From NCBI GenBank assembly GCA_021432655.1, contig MU271310.1:1-64000 (forward strand): a DNA stretch of 64,000 bases, read 5' to 3'. The notes beneath the pieces were generated by a model, which saw only the letters and a program-made list of their open reading frames with translations, did no database searches and had not been told where the DNA came from. The position numbers were made by a program, and so were the translations under genes. This DNA is from Atractiella rhizophila (taxonomy: Eukaryota). Below are positions 23,434 to 35,014 of this stretch, in pieces (positions within the stretch are counted from its first letter, which is position 1; every line of letters begins with the position of its first letter).

Positions 23434-26141
23434 ATGCAAACAGTTCGTATTTCTCTTTCTTCCAGCACACTGGCTTATTGACTGCACCAGATACTCATTC
23501 GCCACATCCATGGCCTTTCCATCCGCAACCTCTCCCAGTCCCCCTCAGTCGACCTCCACCGACTCTCCCTCCTCCACAGCGCCCCCAGCCCATCTCCTGG
23601 CATCACAAACGACGACTCCTACATCCTAAGCCACAAACGGAAGTCGCGCACATACAGCTCAGGCGAGGGCACGCTGCACAAGCGCCACGCTTCCACATCG
23701 TCGCTAGGCTCAGCCTTCAACTCTCCGCTGCACGCGGGGGCTGGCAGGCGGCGGAACGAGAGCGAGCGCCTCCGGAAGCGCCTCGTCCAGTCTCTCATCG
23801 TTTGCTCTCTCCCAGCGTCCGAGCAGATTGACGCGGAGTCCACAAGGTCGCGTAGAGACTCAGCATCCTCCATCGGCACTGGGACTGGCACTGGGACCGC
23901 CCGACGGAAACGCACTCCCTCCTCAAACCTCAATCCTAGCTCATCTTCAGCTACGTCAGAGGAGAATCTTTCCCCATTTTGGTCTTCTTCAGTCCATGTA
24001 CCAAGTGTCGACCCTGACTTTTGGATCGAAGAGAAGGAGAAGGAGGTGTTCTTAGAAGGATTGGCAGGGACGGAAGGTGGAGTAGGCAGAGAGGAGCGGA
24101 TTGTTGTTGACTTGTGGATCAGAGAGGTCACCGCCGAAGAGGGAGATGGCAAAGGTAAAGGTCGACAGGTCCAAGAGGAGGAGCATGGTTGGAAGTTGAT
24201 GGAGCGGTACAACGTAAACTTGTCCGAGTGTCGTTCACTGGGACGCGAGGTAAGTACTCTTATTTCCTCAGTCAAAAGGAGAAATAGTGTTGAAAAGCCA
24301 GTGCGGGACAGCCCTCACGTTTCCCCAGCCCAATGCCACCAAACACTCTGCTTCTCCAAATATCCTCCTCTCCCTCCTCTACCAACACAGAGTGGTTCGT
24401 TCACATCCCTCCTTCTCCCCAGGATGACAACGTACCAGCTTCTACCGCGAATGGCATGGAGGAAGAAGACGAAGAGGCGCTCTCAGATCCAGGTCAATCC
24501 CCTCGACCTCCTCGACGCAGAGCACGCGCGCATTCTCATCTGAAGGAGATGGAGGAAACGCGAGCCTCATTTCTACGCGCAATAGAGAAGAGAGAGAGAG
24601 AGCTAGTTCTAGAGCGCAGCGCGTATGAGACGAGAATGCTGAGCAGTTATGACATGGAGGGGATATCAGGTCTTATTGAGGGAGAGAAGAGTTTGGAGGC
24701 CTCGAGGTTCGAACTCGCAGATGCGAAAAGGAAATTGGAGGAGGTGTTGTGTGGAGACGGTGGGAAATTGGAAGAGGATGAGAGGGAGAGAGGCGAAAGG
24801 AGGGAGAGATTGAAGAATTTAGAGGATGCGAGGACATCGAGGCAGGCTGAGATCGAGCGGAGGAAACAGGAGATCGAAGAGAGAAGGAATGGTCTAAAGG
24901 GGAGGAAGAAGAGGCTAGAAAAGGCACAAGATGCATTGAGGGTAAAAGAAAAGGAGTTAGAGGTCATGGAGCAAGAGTTAAATCTGGATCAAGGGATATG
25001 GGAGAGCATTCGACTGACGATGCGCCATCGTAGCGCTACCCTCGTCCAACAACTATCCGACATCTACCCTATCATCGCTATACCTCCCACATCTCCAGAC
25101 CCCAAATTTCAAGGCTCCCTCGATTATTCCGTTCTCAACCTCCCTCTGCCCAACTCTCCGTTCCCTCCTGCTGCATATTCTAATGACGACGTCCTCTCCT
25201 CCGCCCTTGGCTACGTGGCGCAACTCACTCTCCTTCTCTCCACCTATCTCGGCGTCCCCATCCACTATCCTCTCAAACCGATGGGTAGCAGAAGTCTAGT
25301 CATGGATCCCATTTCGAGTCTGAAAGGACAGCGGTGGTTCCCTCTGTATGGAAAGGGCGTCGATCGCTATCGGTTCGATTATGCCGTCTTCCTCCTCAAC
25401 AAGGACGTCGAACAGTTGTTGTACAGTCAAAAGTTGCAGGTTAAGGATTTACGGAACACCCTTCCTAACCTCGCAGCGCTGTCCCTCTCTATCACCTGCG
25501 AACCGGACACGCCAAGCCAGACACCTACCCCTTCCCGACATGACAGCGGCAGTTTACATCTCAGCATCCCTCAAGGCGTACCATTCAAACCGCCCCGGTC
25601 GCCCATCCTCCAGCTCAACGGTACATCCTCCCATCATTCCTCACCTTCTTCGTCATCATCTGCTCCGCGCTCTCCATCTCCCTCAGCCTCGTCATCGTCT
25701 GCATTGCACTCTTCTCCCACCGCTTCCTCCTCTTCTACCCGTTCACGGTCTCCCTCCCCTCCGGCACGACGCAGAGGACACGCACGCGTGCGCTCTGACG
25801 CTCCGTCTCCCGAACTCTCCCCAACACGCGGCAGGCAAAAGGTGCTCGCATCCCCGCCCCCTTTGTCTCTCGCCACACCTGTCCACCGCGAGCCGTCTTC
25901 GTCCGACGATGAACTTCGCTCCACTTCCCCTGCGTCCACCGTACGGGCTGGCGCGAATGGGAGATCGGGAAGTATAAAGAGTATTCGGAGCTTCATCAGT
26001 GGGGGCAGTGAAAGGAGTGTGAAGAATGTGTCGTTTGAGAGGGAGAGCAATGAGGAGGATGAAAAGAAGTTGCTCGTCAATGGTGATGCCGGAGTGCGTC
26101 TGAACAATGGAGTGGCAACTGCCAACGGGCAGCAAACTTAA
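23434..26141 (+). CDS. VPS38: Vps38/UVRAG-family (Atg14-related) PI3K complex subunit
   Basis: N-terminal IRHIHGLSIRNL (exon from 23491), long coiled coil, LSDIYPI, SSALGYVAQL...YPLKPMGSRS, FPLY...RFDYAVFLLNKDVEQL; exact start uncertain. Confidence 0.82.
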
Positions 26142-26903
26142 GTAGATACCTTCGTTCACATATCACATATCATAAAGCTTATGTCAGATCCTCTTCGATA
26201 CTTCTGTTGATGTAAATTTGACATTAAATTTTAACGCACATATTTGGGATTCTTCTGAACGTGACCGCTACTTCTCTGCAGTTGGAGACAGTGACTTCTG
26301 TTCTTAGAGATTATATGCTACATTTACTGTTGCAGGAACTAATAGATGTCATTTCCTCAAAAGTAGAACTACGTCACAGTCTGGTTTCTGGTTGGGAATC
26401 ATGAAAGGCCGTCAACGTGTCATTAAAAGAGCAAGAAACAAAGTGCATGAGAGAGCTACGAGACTTCGTCAGACAGTAAATATTCACACACGCAAGAAAA
26501 GTCCCAGGACTTGATATTAGAACATTTAAGAACTATTGAATATTTTGGGTTTATTTGTTGCCTTCGCATCGGATACAACAAACTGACTGATTACGCATGA
26601 GTAGGAATGTTAAGGCAAGTGGTTTGGATAACCATCCAGGACGTTAAAGCCAAATTATCAAAGAGAAAAGAATTAGCAAAGAGAATAGAACGATTCCAAG
26701 GTGAGATGCAAGAATGATGCAGCTTGAAATGCAAGCGAGATGCCGGGGAACATTAGAAAGGTGAACTATGTATGATAAGGAGATGTGATAGTCGTAAAGT
26801 GGAGATACGATGCTAATCCAGACAGAAAACGCTATTGTGTATGCTACTCATGAACTAAATGGATCCATCAATCGAACCGAAATCGAAGGGTCAAGTAGAG
26901 GCA

Positions 26904-28131
26904 TCATCTGCCGAGCCTCTCACCGCCGCTTATCATACGTGCTCTGCTGATTTCCGATGGCAAGGTTCGCTCGCCTTCCTGAAGAAGATGGTGCCAGTAA
27001 ACAACATCCCCTTCCTTCAGAGCTACGTTGGAATTTTGGCGTTGATGTCCTTCGTTGTCGCGATACGAACCATTTTGCACACTTGGTGGTCGGCGTATCG
27101 AGGTTAGTTGAGGTAGAAAGTACGAGTTTCTCGAGAAATGCGAGGCGGAAGAGGGGGTGGACAAGGGAGACTGTGAATTGGGCGTGAGGGGAAGCGAGAG
27201 AATGGAGGAGGTCTCAGATGTGAGCGACGGGGTGACGGGCACCAAAGTAGGAGGAGAGGATTGGATAGGGGAAAGCTCGGGTTGCTCCACATCGTACGCC
27301 ATCGAATCGTCAGAAGAGATAGACCATCTTCCACCGCTCTGCTTTCTCTTCAAGTTGGAAATGTCGAGCTGAAGCAGCTGAGACTCGCTAGACACATTCC
27401 AATCGCCGTGGATCAATTCGGGATTCGGGGTCTCACGAACCATCTCCGGTGCCCTCAACCGCTTGATCCCTGCCTCTCCTTCGACGTACCTCCTTTCTCT
27501 GGCGTTGACTTCATTCCAATGGAAGACCCAGCGATGTCCGTTTGTGACAGTCCTCTCATTCGACAGCGAATTTGTGCACTTCTCGCAAGCAGTGATAATG
27601 TGGTAGCCTAGAGTTGCTCCGCATTGATGACAACCGAGGGACTGTGTGAGGCAGTCGCAGGTCCTTTCGGACGGTATGCAAGAAGCGATGTAACAAGAGT
27701 TAGGATCGAGGGGTGGGAGGGGAGAGGCGTTGAAAGGGGTTGAGTCAGTTGAGAAGAGCGAAATATCTGGCTTCAGTAGGAGAACGGCCTTTTACACATC
27801 CAATCAGTCAATGTTTCAATCGAGGATATGGAATCGAGCCACGTACTCGCATACCACGATCGGATATGAAAGAGTCACAATGAGCGCAAGTGAGGACATA
27901 GACTCGATGGTGGTGATGCTGATTCTCAGCTCGCTGCCTTTCCTTCTCTTTTTCCCGTTGTCTCTCCAGTCGTAATTGCTGTCGGAACTGCTGACGTTGT
28001 TGTTGTTCCAATGCGCGTTGTCGTTGAATTGCTTGCTGTTGTACCTGGTGATAGGAGGGCGAGTGGAAGATCTGGTTTAAGGATTGTTCTTGGTAGGGCA
28101 GAAGCTGCTGTCTAGTCGGGGCGGGTCTCAT
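26904..28131 (-). CDS. FAM72-family zinc-binding protein
   Basis: Spliced across the intron at ~27789-27843: VYVLTCAHCDSFISDRGMR|AVLLLKPDISLFSTD...TCDC...LGCHQCGATLGYHIITACEKC...NGHRWVFH, matching the FAM72 motif order. Confidence 0.85.
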
Positions 28132-28349
28132 GTTTGTGGACGATAAGGATATGGATGTGATAAGGGAAGCGTAGGATAAAGTGGGAAGGGAAGGGAGGAC
28201 GGAGCTTTATAAGAGCTTTTGCGAACGAGACAGGGGCTGAGACCTCTTTGTTTGTCCGTCGATTCGGCACAGAATCTCACTCGGACGACGTGACGCGAAA
28301 CCAAATCCCGCCGCCGTCGGACTCTGTGACGGGATTGAACTTTGCTGCA

Positions 28350-30150
28350 CAAATGAGGCTTCACTTGAAAAAGCTCCTGCTTCTAGAGCGCGGGCCGTTG
28401 TTTAGAGAGTTGGGTGGTTGGACCAGCCCAGACAACCGTCGCGACGTCTCAATTGAGAATGTTCTCCATGTTATACTATCGTCATCACCAAGCTGCGTGG
28501 TCGGCGTTTTACGACAGTCCAATGACCAAGGCGGCAAATTCCTGGCCTACGCCTGACCATAACTTGTGGAAATGATATTCATCCATCAAGGCAGCGCAAT
28601 ATACTGGTTGGTTAGCGACTGCACTAGATCTCTCAGCTGCATTCTCAACGGCTGATTTGAGCGACCCGTCTGAACGGTTCGCGTCTGGGTCCGAAATAAA
28701 CCCAGGCCACTGTAACAAAGAAAGAGGGAAACACGGAAGGGACGGTCAATTATTGAAACAAATCGATCTAAAAGTACGCTACCGAGAAGGAAAGTTGGTC
28801 AGACCAAGACCTTGCCAAACTGCGCCATATCCTTATCGAGACGCTTTCCTTTCCAGTGGGCTCGTGGATTTAATATTCTCGCATCCAGCTCGCCTCGAAG
28901 AAACATGTTTACCGACAAACAGCCCAAGTCCCTGTTAGATGAATGCAAAATCCTGGTGCTATGAAGTCTGTATGATGTCAAGATCGGAAAGAAGTAATCG
29001 TTCCTCTTAAACTTTGACATGAGGCTAGCAAAATTGCTAAAATCTACTGAAAAAGGGGGTCGACATGGTACAGAGGAGAAGTTATCACTTCCAAACCCAA
29101 GAGCATTTTGTCAAAGTCGACAAGAATGTGAGGATGGTTACAAGGTATCGGTGTGTTTCTAGCATCAGTGATTTTGAGCTAAAAGCGTCCATATCGATAA
29201 GACAAAACCGTCGAGCCGATTCAATAGCAGATTCTGAGGGAAATGTCACAGCATGTATGTAAGCCCGTTACCTTCACAACACTTCACAGGTACTGGTTCC
29301 TGTGAAGAAACCCTGAAAGTAATAGAAGAAATATAGTGCTCTGAGGAGATCCTTACGGTACGACGTCCCGTGAAGTAAAGCGAAAGCTCACATTCTCGCC
29401 GGCGGATTTCGCTATTGTCAACACAGAGTTCGCTCCATGCTCTACTATATCCTGTGCCAGATATTCACCTTAATCCCAGAAAACTTGACATGGTCTTTCG
29501 CGTCCCCAAACAACGCATATATCCCTTTGATAATCAAATAGTGAAGGCTGTGGATATGGCATATAACATCGACATCGCAGGTTGAGATCGCAAATGAGAC
29601 GGAGAATCAAAACTCAGAGTTCAAACTATGAACTATATTGATCACTCCATCAACGTCACCGTGAAAGCCTGCAGTCCAATCAACCAGAATCAACAATCGC
29701 CCGTTTTCCAAGGCAGCCTTGCATCAGGTTCACAAATACCAAAAGGACGCAAATAACTTACATCTTGATTTAACTGGTACGTCCATTTTTTTTCCTGCTG
29801 GGAAGTGATGTTCCCGCCAAGAAGTGCTCGAGATCCGTGGAGCGGCTGAGATCCGTACCATCTTCCGTGAAAGGGATATGTATATCGTGCCATCTGCATA
29901 CATGTATGCAGAGCGGACTGAAAGGAAGCTGCAGGTAGTGCTGCAATCAATATCTCTGGATCATCGCAATAGATGGATGATACCTGCAGAGGTGAATGCC
30001 TTTGACAGCTGGATACGTCCCTGTGAGCCGTCACTTGTAATAGTGCACCAATCTTTTGACGCTACTTTGGTTGGCGTTATTCTGCTGAAGTTATTCCTCC
30101 TCATATTCATCAAAGCTCTACCAACTTGATCGCAACAATTTGCGGCGAGG
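28350..30150 (-). CDS. Possible multi-exon orphan gene
   Basis: Short open segments joined by plausible GTAAGT/GTGAAT...AG introns (e.g. YQLNQD|AALENGRLLILVDWTAGF); no recognisable family, boundaries approximate. Confidence 0.3.
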
Positions 30151-30325
30151 AGCAATGTTAATGTAATCTGTGACTGCCAATACCGCTGAACGAGCAGTAC
30201 TGTCGCGTGCCAGATCCTGGCTGACGTTACTTCACGGGTTTGTACTGCTGCACGTTCCTGTCATTCCAGATTTTTCAATTGGTTCCACACTAATTGATCT
30301 TTCTGCAATCAGAACTCCACACAAA

Positions 30326-31651
30326 ATGACCGCCAAACCAGTTCCCCTCCCCAAAAAGCGACGTCCACTCATTCCACACGCCCGTCTTGAGAGCACGAAT
30401 AGTACAACTTCTGCAGATGCGAGTTGTGAATCGAACGACGAAGCGACATCTGATGATTTAGGGTCATCCGACTCTCCAGCGACTGTAATCCATCGCCGGC
30501 CAACCATCACGCACGCGCTCATGGTGAACGGCAGCTTTGAAGAGACGCACAGACCCTACGCAGAGGGAGAAGAAGGATACGACGGCGACATTGAGAGTAC
30601 AGCGGACGGGAGAATCACCCCACCGAACACGCCACCGCGACCTAAGCACGTTCACGCAACCCAGCGAAGACCTCCTCCGGTTCCCTCGTTCAATCTCGAG
30701 CCTGGCAGTACCGGCGATGTCAAGATGCGCAGGACGAATAGCTCGTCATCCTTCGATCCTGTTGAACATGAGAAGCTGGCAACTATGGGCACGGAGGAGC
30801 TACAAGAATATGTGAAGAGCGTGGTTGAGAATCAAAGTGAAGAGGTCGTGCGAGAGAGAGGATTCAGGATTAACGCTCCCCCAGTAGGTCGCACTGTGCG
30901 ATTGTACGCTGATGGTGCGTCACTCCTCCTCTACTATTGTATTGACTGTTGAGGATGGATGGATAGGCGTATACGACCTATTCCACTATGCTCACGCTTT
31001 GTCCTTCCGTCAAGCCAAGCTCATGTTCCCTTCCGTCCATCTCCTGGTCGGTGTCTGTTCAGACGAGCTCGTGATGCGCTACAAGAACAAAACCATTCTC
31101 ACCTCACAAGAACGGTACGAGTCAGTACGAAACTGTAGATGGGTGGATGAAGTGGTTGAAGATGCGCCATGGGAGATCGATCAGGAATTTCTTGACCGTC
31201 ATAAGATTGATTATGTCGTCCACGATGCGGAACCGTACAAGGGCGAGAACTCAGACGACGTCTATGGGTTCGTGAAGAAGAAGGGGATGTTCATGCCTTC
31301 CCGGTTCGTGTTTTCGTTTCTTGCACTCTGTTAACTAACTATCGTCATGTGAATGGCTGGGCGGATAGGAGGACGGCGGGAATCTCGACCTCCGACCTGC
31401 TCCAACGCATCGTCATTGGCTACAAAGAGGGCTGTTACGACGGAAAGCTAATCAAGATCGGCCATCCTGAGCTCGCTTCCCACCCTCCGAGCGACACGGA
31501 GATGTCCCCCAATCCGTCGAAGGGGGGCAGGAAGCTGCTCTCACCTCCATCGGAGGACGGCAGCAGACCTGCCTCACCGAAGGTGCCGCAGAGCCCGAGG
31601 GAGGAGGAGGCTGATGATGAGAAGGGGAAGATCGCGGAGAGGAGGGATTAA
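30326..31651 (+). CDS. Choline-phosphate cytidylyltransferase (CCT/Pct1 family)
   Basis: RTVRLYADG|VYDLFHYAH...QAK..FP.VHLLVGV, ERYESVRNCRWVDEVVEDAPW, IDYVVHD, RRTAGISTSDLLQRI. Confidence 0.9.
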
Positions 31652-31816
31652 GGGTCGCAGGTTTGAGTTGTGGAGGCTGAGGCAAAAGGATAATTTATTC
31701 ATGAAATCTAAGACTGGGCTTCAAGGTAAAGATACATACGCGCTGTATCCGTTCTGATTGTCGATAGATTTGTACGTGTAATGAATTTCAGCATATACAA
31801 TCGTCCTACAAACTGC

Positions 31817-32654
31817 TCAGGCATCGAACAAATTTGAGTCAAAGTCAACATCTTCGTCATTCTTCTTACTTTTCGACGCCTGTCCAGCGATTACAAGGCC
31901 CTCCTTCCTTTTTCTCTCCCTCCTTGCTCCCTCGTCTTCCCACTCTTCCATCTCCCCCTCTCCATTAGTAGCGCGATGACTCCTTCTAAAGCGGTTTGTA
32001 AACGTTGGATCCTGTCCCATCCCTCCTTCAACCTCCTGTTTCCTTCTTCCACCAACCTATCCATCACATCCTCCCTAATCATCCATTTTCCATCGATTAT
32101 GAGGGGTATGTCCAGATGTCGCGGGGCGAGCCTGTCATTCCATCACGGTATCATCCATCCGGCTGTTCATACAGGCTGGGATAGAGTTGATGGACGGACC
32201 GGAGGGCTATTCGAACAGGTTTGTCGTGCGAGAAGGAGAGAGAAGGAATGAGACCGGAATCTTTCCAGCCCGCTTTCGATATAGAAGCATGGAGGATCTT
32301 GAGTGCGGAAGTCATGCAATCCGCGGTGAGGTGAACGACGGGAGGATCGTATCTCAGATCGACATTTTCTACCTCTTCTTCCTCATGGTCGTAACTGGGA
32401 AGATGTTGGGCAAGGCTAGAGGCATCGGCGATTATGTCGTGAGAGACAAAAGCGAATCCTTTGCCTTTCTGGTTGGAATGGGTAGACAAGACGAGCCTTC
32501 CTGAGCATGAGGAGGTGGTGAAGTACGACGGGGAGGAGTTGAGCGTATCGATCAAAGGCACGAATCGCTCATCGACTGAGTTCTTTGGGGACTTGTCGTG
32601 CTCCTGTTGCAGCGATGACAGTGCCGAAGCTTTGAGCGAAGAGAACATGGACAT
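31817..32654 (-). CDS. TYW3: tRNA wybutosine-synthesis methyltransferase Tyw3 (apparent single-base frameshift near 31956)
   Basis: DKSPKNSVD...LIDTLN...YFTTSSCSGR; C-terminal WEDEGARRERKRKEGL lies in the -1 frame. Confidence 0.85.
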
Positions 32655-32807
32655 CGTTGCTGTTCGCTCTTCCGTTGACACGTGACGGTGCTTTATTAAT
32701 TCCAGCTGCAGCTACGCTGTAACTTGAATAGATTTCATTCTACGACCGAAAGTAGCTTTCACTCTGACTGTGTCATAAATTATATAGCGACTGCTTTCGA
32801 CGGATAC

Positions 32808-34595
32808 ATGACGCGCTCTCTTAACTGGGTTCTCGTAGGCGGCGGGACCGGCGCAAACAGCGTGCTAGACGCCTTCCTGAGGCTTTCGTCCTCTTCCGAC
32901 GCTGGGAACTTGAAAGGAGAAGGAGATCGAGAGGGAGGACGGATTGACTTCGTGTTGCCCATCAGCGACAATGGAGGCAGCTCAAGCGAGATAATACGTG
33001 TCCTGGGTCTGTCTTCCTTGACCAATTTTGGCCCTTCAGAGCATTGACTCTGTTTTTATGACCGCAGGTGGACCCTCCCTAGGCGACATTCGCTCCCGTC
33101 TCGTCAGGCTCATACCGAACACCACCATATCCCTCCGCCGAATTCGTGGCCTGCTCGAATATCGCCTTCCAGCTACGGATGATAGTCGAGCGTTGAAAAT
33201 GGAGTGGATGGACATATTGGAAGGGAAGGCATCATCTCTGGGAAGGGATAGAGGATGAGAAGAAGGAAGTCATCCGTTCTTTTCTAGGCATGCCTCTTTC
33301 CCATTTAGTCTATCGCATAATTTGACGAGAATTCAGTCCAGTTCGAACACTCTATCCTCGCACGCGCACACAAGGGCTTTGACTTCAGGAACGGCAGTAT
33401 CGGTAACTTCTTCCTCTGCGCCATGCAGATGTTCTTTCGCTCCGTTCGTCTACCCTAATCGTTCCATCGATTTGATTCATAACCCGACAGATCCAATCCG
33501 CCATCTTCCTCTTCACTTCGATCACCTCGATCCCAGATCATATAAGGGTCATACCTTGCATCTTCTCCAACTCAATCTGCACTATCGCAGCCGAGTTATC
33601 CGGTTTGCGCTAATCCACTCCATCTTCCTGTCCTCATTATGTGGGGGGAAGGAAAGACGGCAGCACGATCTTAGGGCAATGCGAAATCTCCCATCCGTCT
33701 AGCAAGCCTTTAAAGCATCCCCCACCCCCTCATCCAGCAACAATAAGCCACTTCAAACCTATCTCCCGTTCTTTCACACCTACCATCCCCAACTTCTTTT
33801 TGGGTAGCGGGGACGACGATCCCTTTGGCGAGGAGCGCTCTCAGTCTCCGGTGCATGAGAGGGGGAACGCCAATGGAACGCGGACACCTGGGAATGTTGT
33901 ATTTAGTAAAGAGGAAGAAGAAGCGGACGGGGAAGAGGATAGGATAGAAAGGGTATTCTACATTAATCAGTTCGGACAGGAGATTGAGCCTCGTCCCAAT
34001 GGTAACTTTTTGACCGCTCTCTCATACAGCGATGCGTGAGTCTCTTCCCGCCCTCTTGTATGACCTAGGTTGAATGTTGATGGATGAACGGAATACAGCC
34101 TGCTATATTCTTGTGGATCCCTCTTCACCTCCCTGCTGGCATGCCTCACGCTTCGCGGCGTGGGCCGAACGATATTAGAAGCGAGCAAATTGAAGTACAA
34201 GATCTTGTTATTGAATACAACCATGGATCGGGAGACGAGGGGATTAGAGGATGCCGTTGATGTTTTGATCTGCGTGAAGCGGGCTATGGATGATGAAGTC
34301 GGCAACGGGGAGGTGAAGAAGGTGGAGATAAGGGACCTCGTGTTTGTTCTTCCTATCAATCGAAAAGAGGCTTGAAGGAGCTGATTTACCATTTTATGGA
34401 AGGACGCACATGCTTTATTTCGAGGANNNNNNNNNNNNNNNNNNNNNNNNNNNNNNNNNNNNNNNNNNNNNNNNNNNNNNNGGGCAGTCGTTTGGCGTCA
34501 AGTGTGTTCGCTTGCCTTGGACGGGAAAGGGCAGGCCTAAGTTTGATGATGTGAATGTGGAGGAAGGATTGAGGAGGCTGCTTGCTAACGACTAG
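32808..34595 (+). CDS. CofD/YvcK (UPF0052) family protein, YNL011C-like (frameshift near 33225; spans an N gap)
   Basis: VLVGGGTGAN, VLPISDNGGSSSEIIRVLG|GPSLGDIRSRL, FDFRNGSIGNFFL, GQCEISHPS, LLYSCGSLFTSL. Confidence 0.87.
34427..34481. other. Assembly gap (55 N)
   Basis: Run of n characters. Confidence 1.
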
Positions 34596-35014
34596 AGAGG
34601 AAAGATTGCAGATTCCGTGGAGGGGAATGAGGATGATAATATATAGTATTGCAGAAGATTGTGTAATATAACAAACTACACAAGAGACGCTTAACAGCAC
34701 TCTCCAAATCAGATTAATACGTACCGTAGACTGGATATATAGAAACCGCTTGTCAGCTCTCGACTCTCGAGAAGTTGCCTTGATCGACGACTCGAGTCAT
34801 GTCTACAACAAGTGGCAAATCCAACCCAGTAGAGTATAGGAGGAACGTAGAATTGCTCGTTGGAGAGGTGTGGTTAAACAGGTGCGTCACCCTGCAAAGT
34901 TGACCGTGAGGAGGCATTGAGCATGTTCTGGCTGCTTGGGCAGAGTTACCGTGCTGCTTACTTAGGCATATACCCAAGCATCTTAATGCTGCTTGCCGTT
35001 TACTTATAACTCAC

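Noticed and set aside
23619..24275. 218-aa minus-strand ORF and similar long antisense ORFs (25634-26125, 49749-50399)
   Set aside because: Shadows of real genes or low-complexity sequence on the opposite strand.
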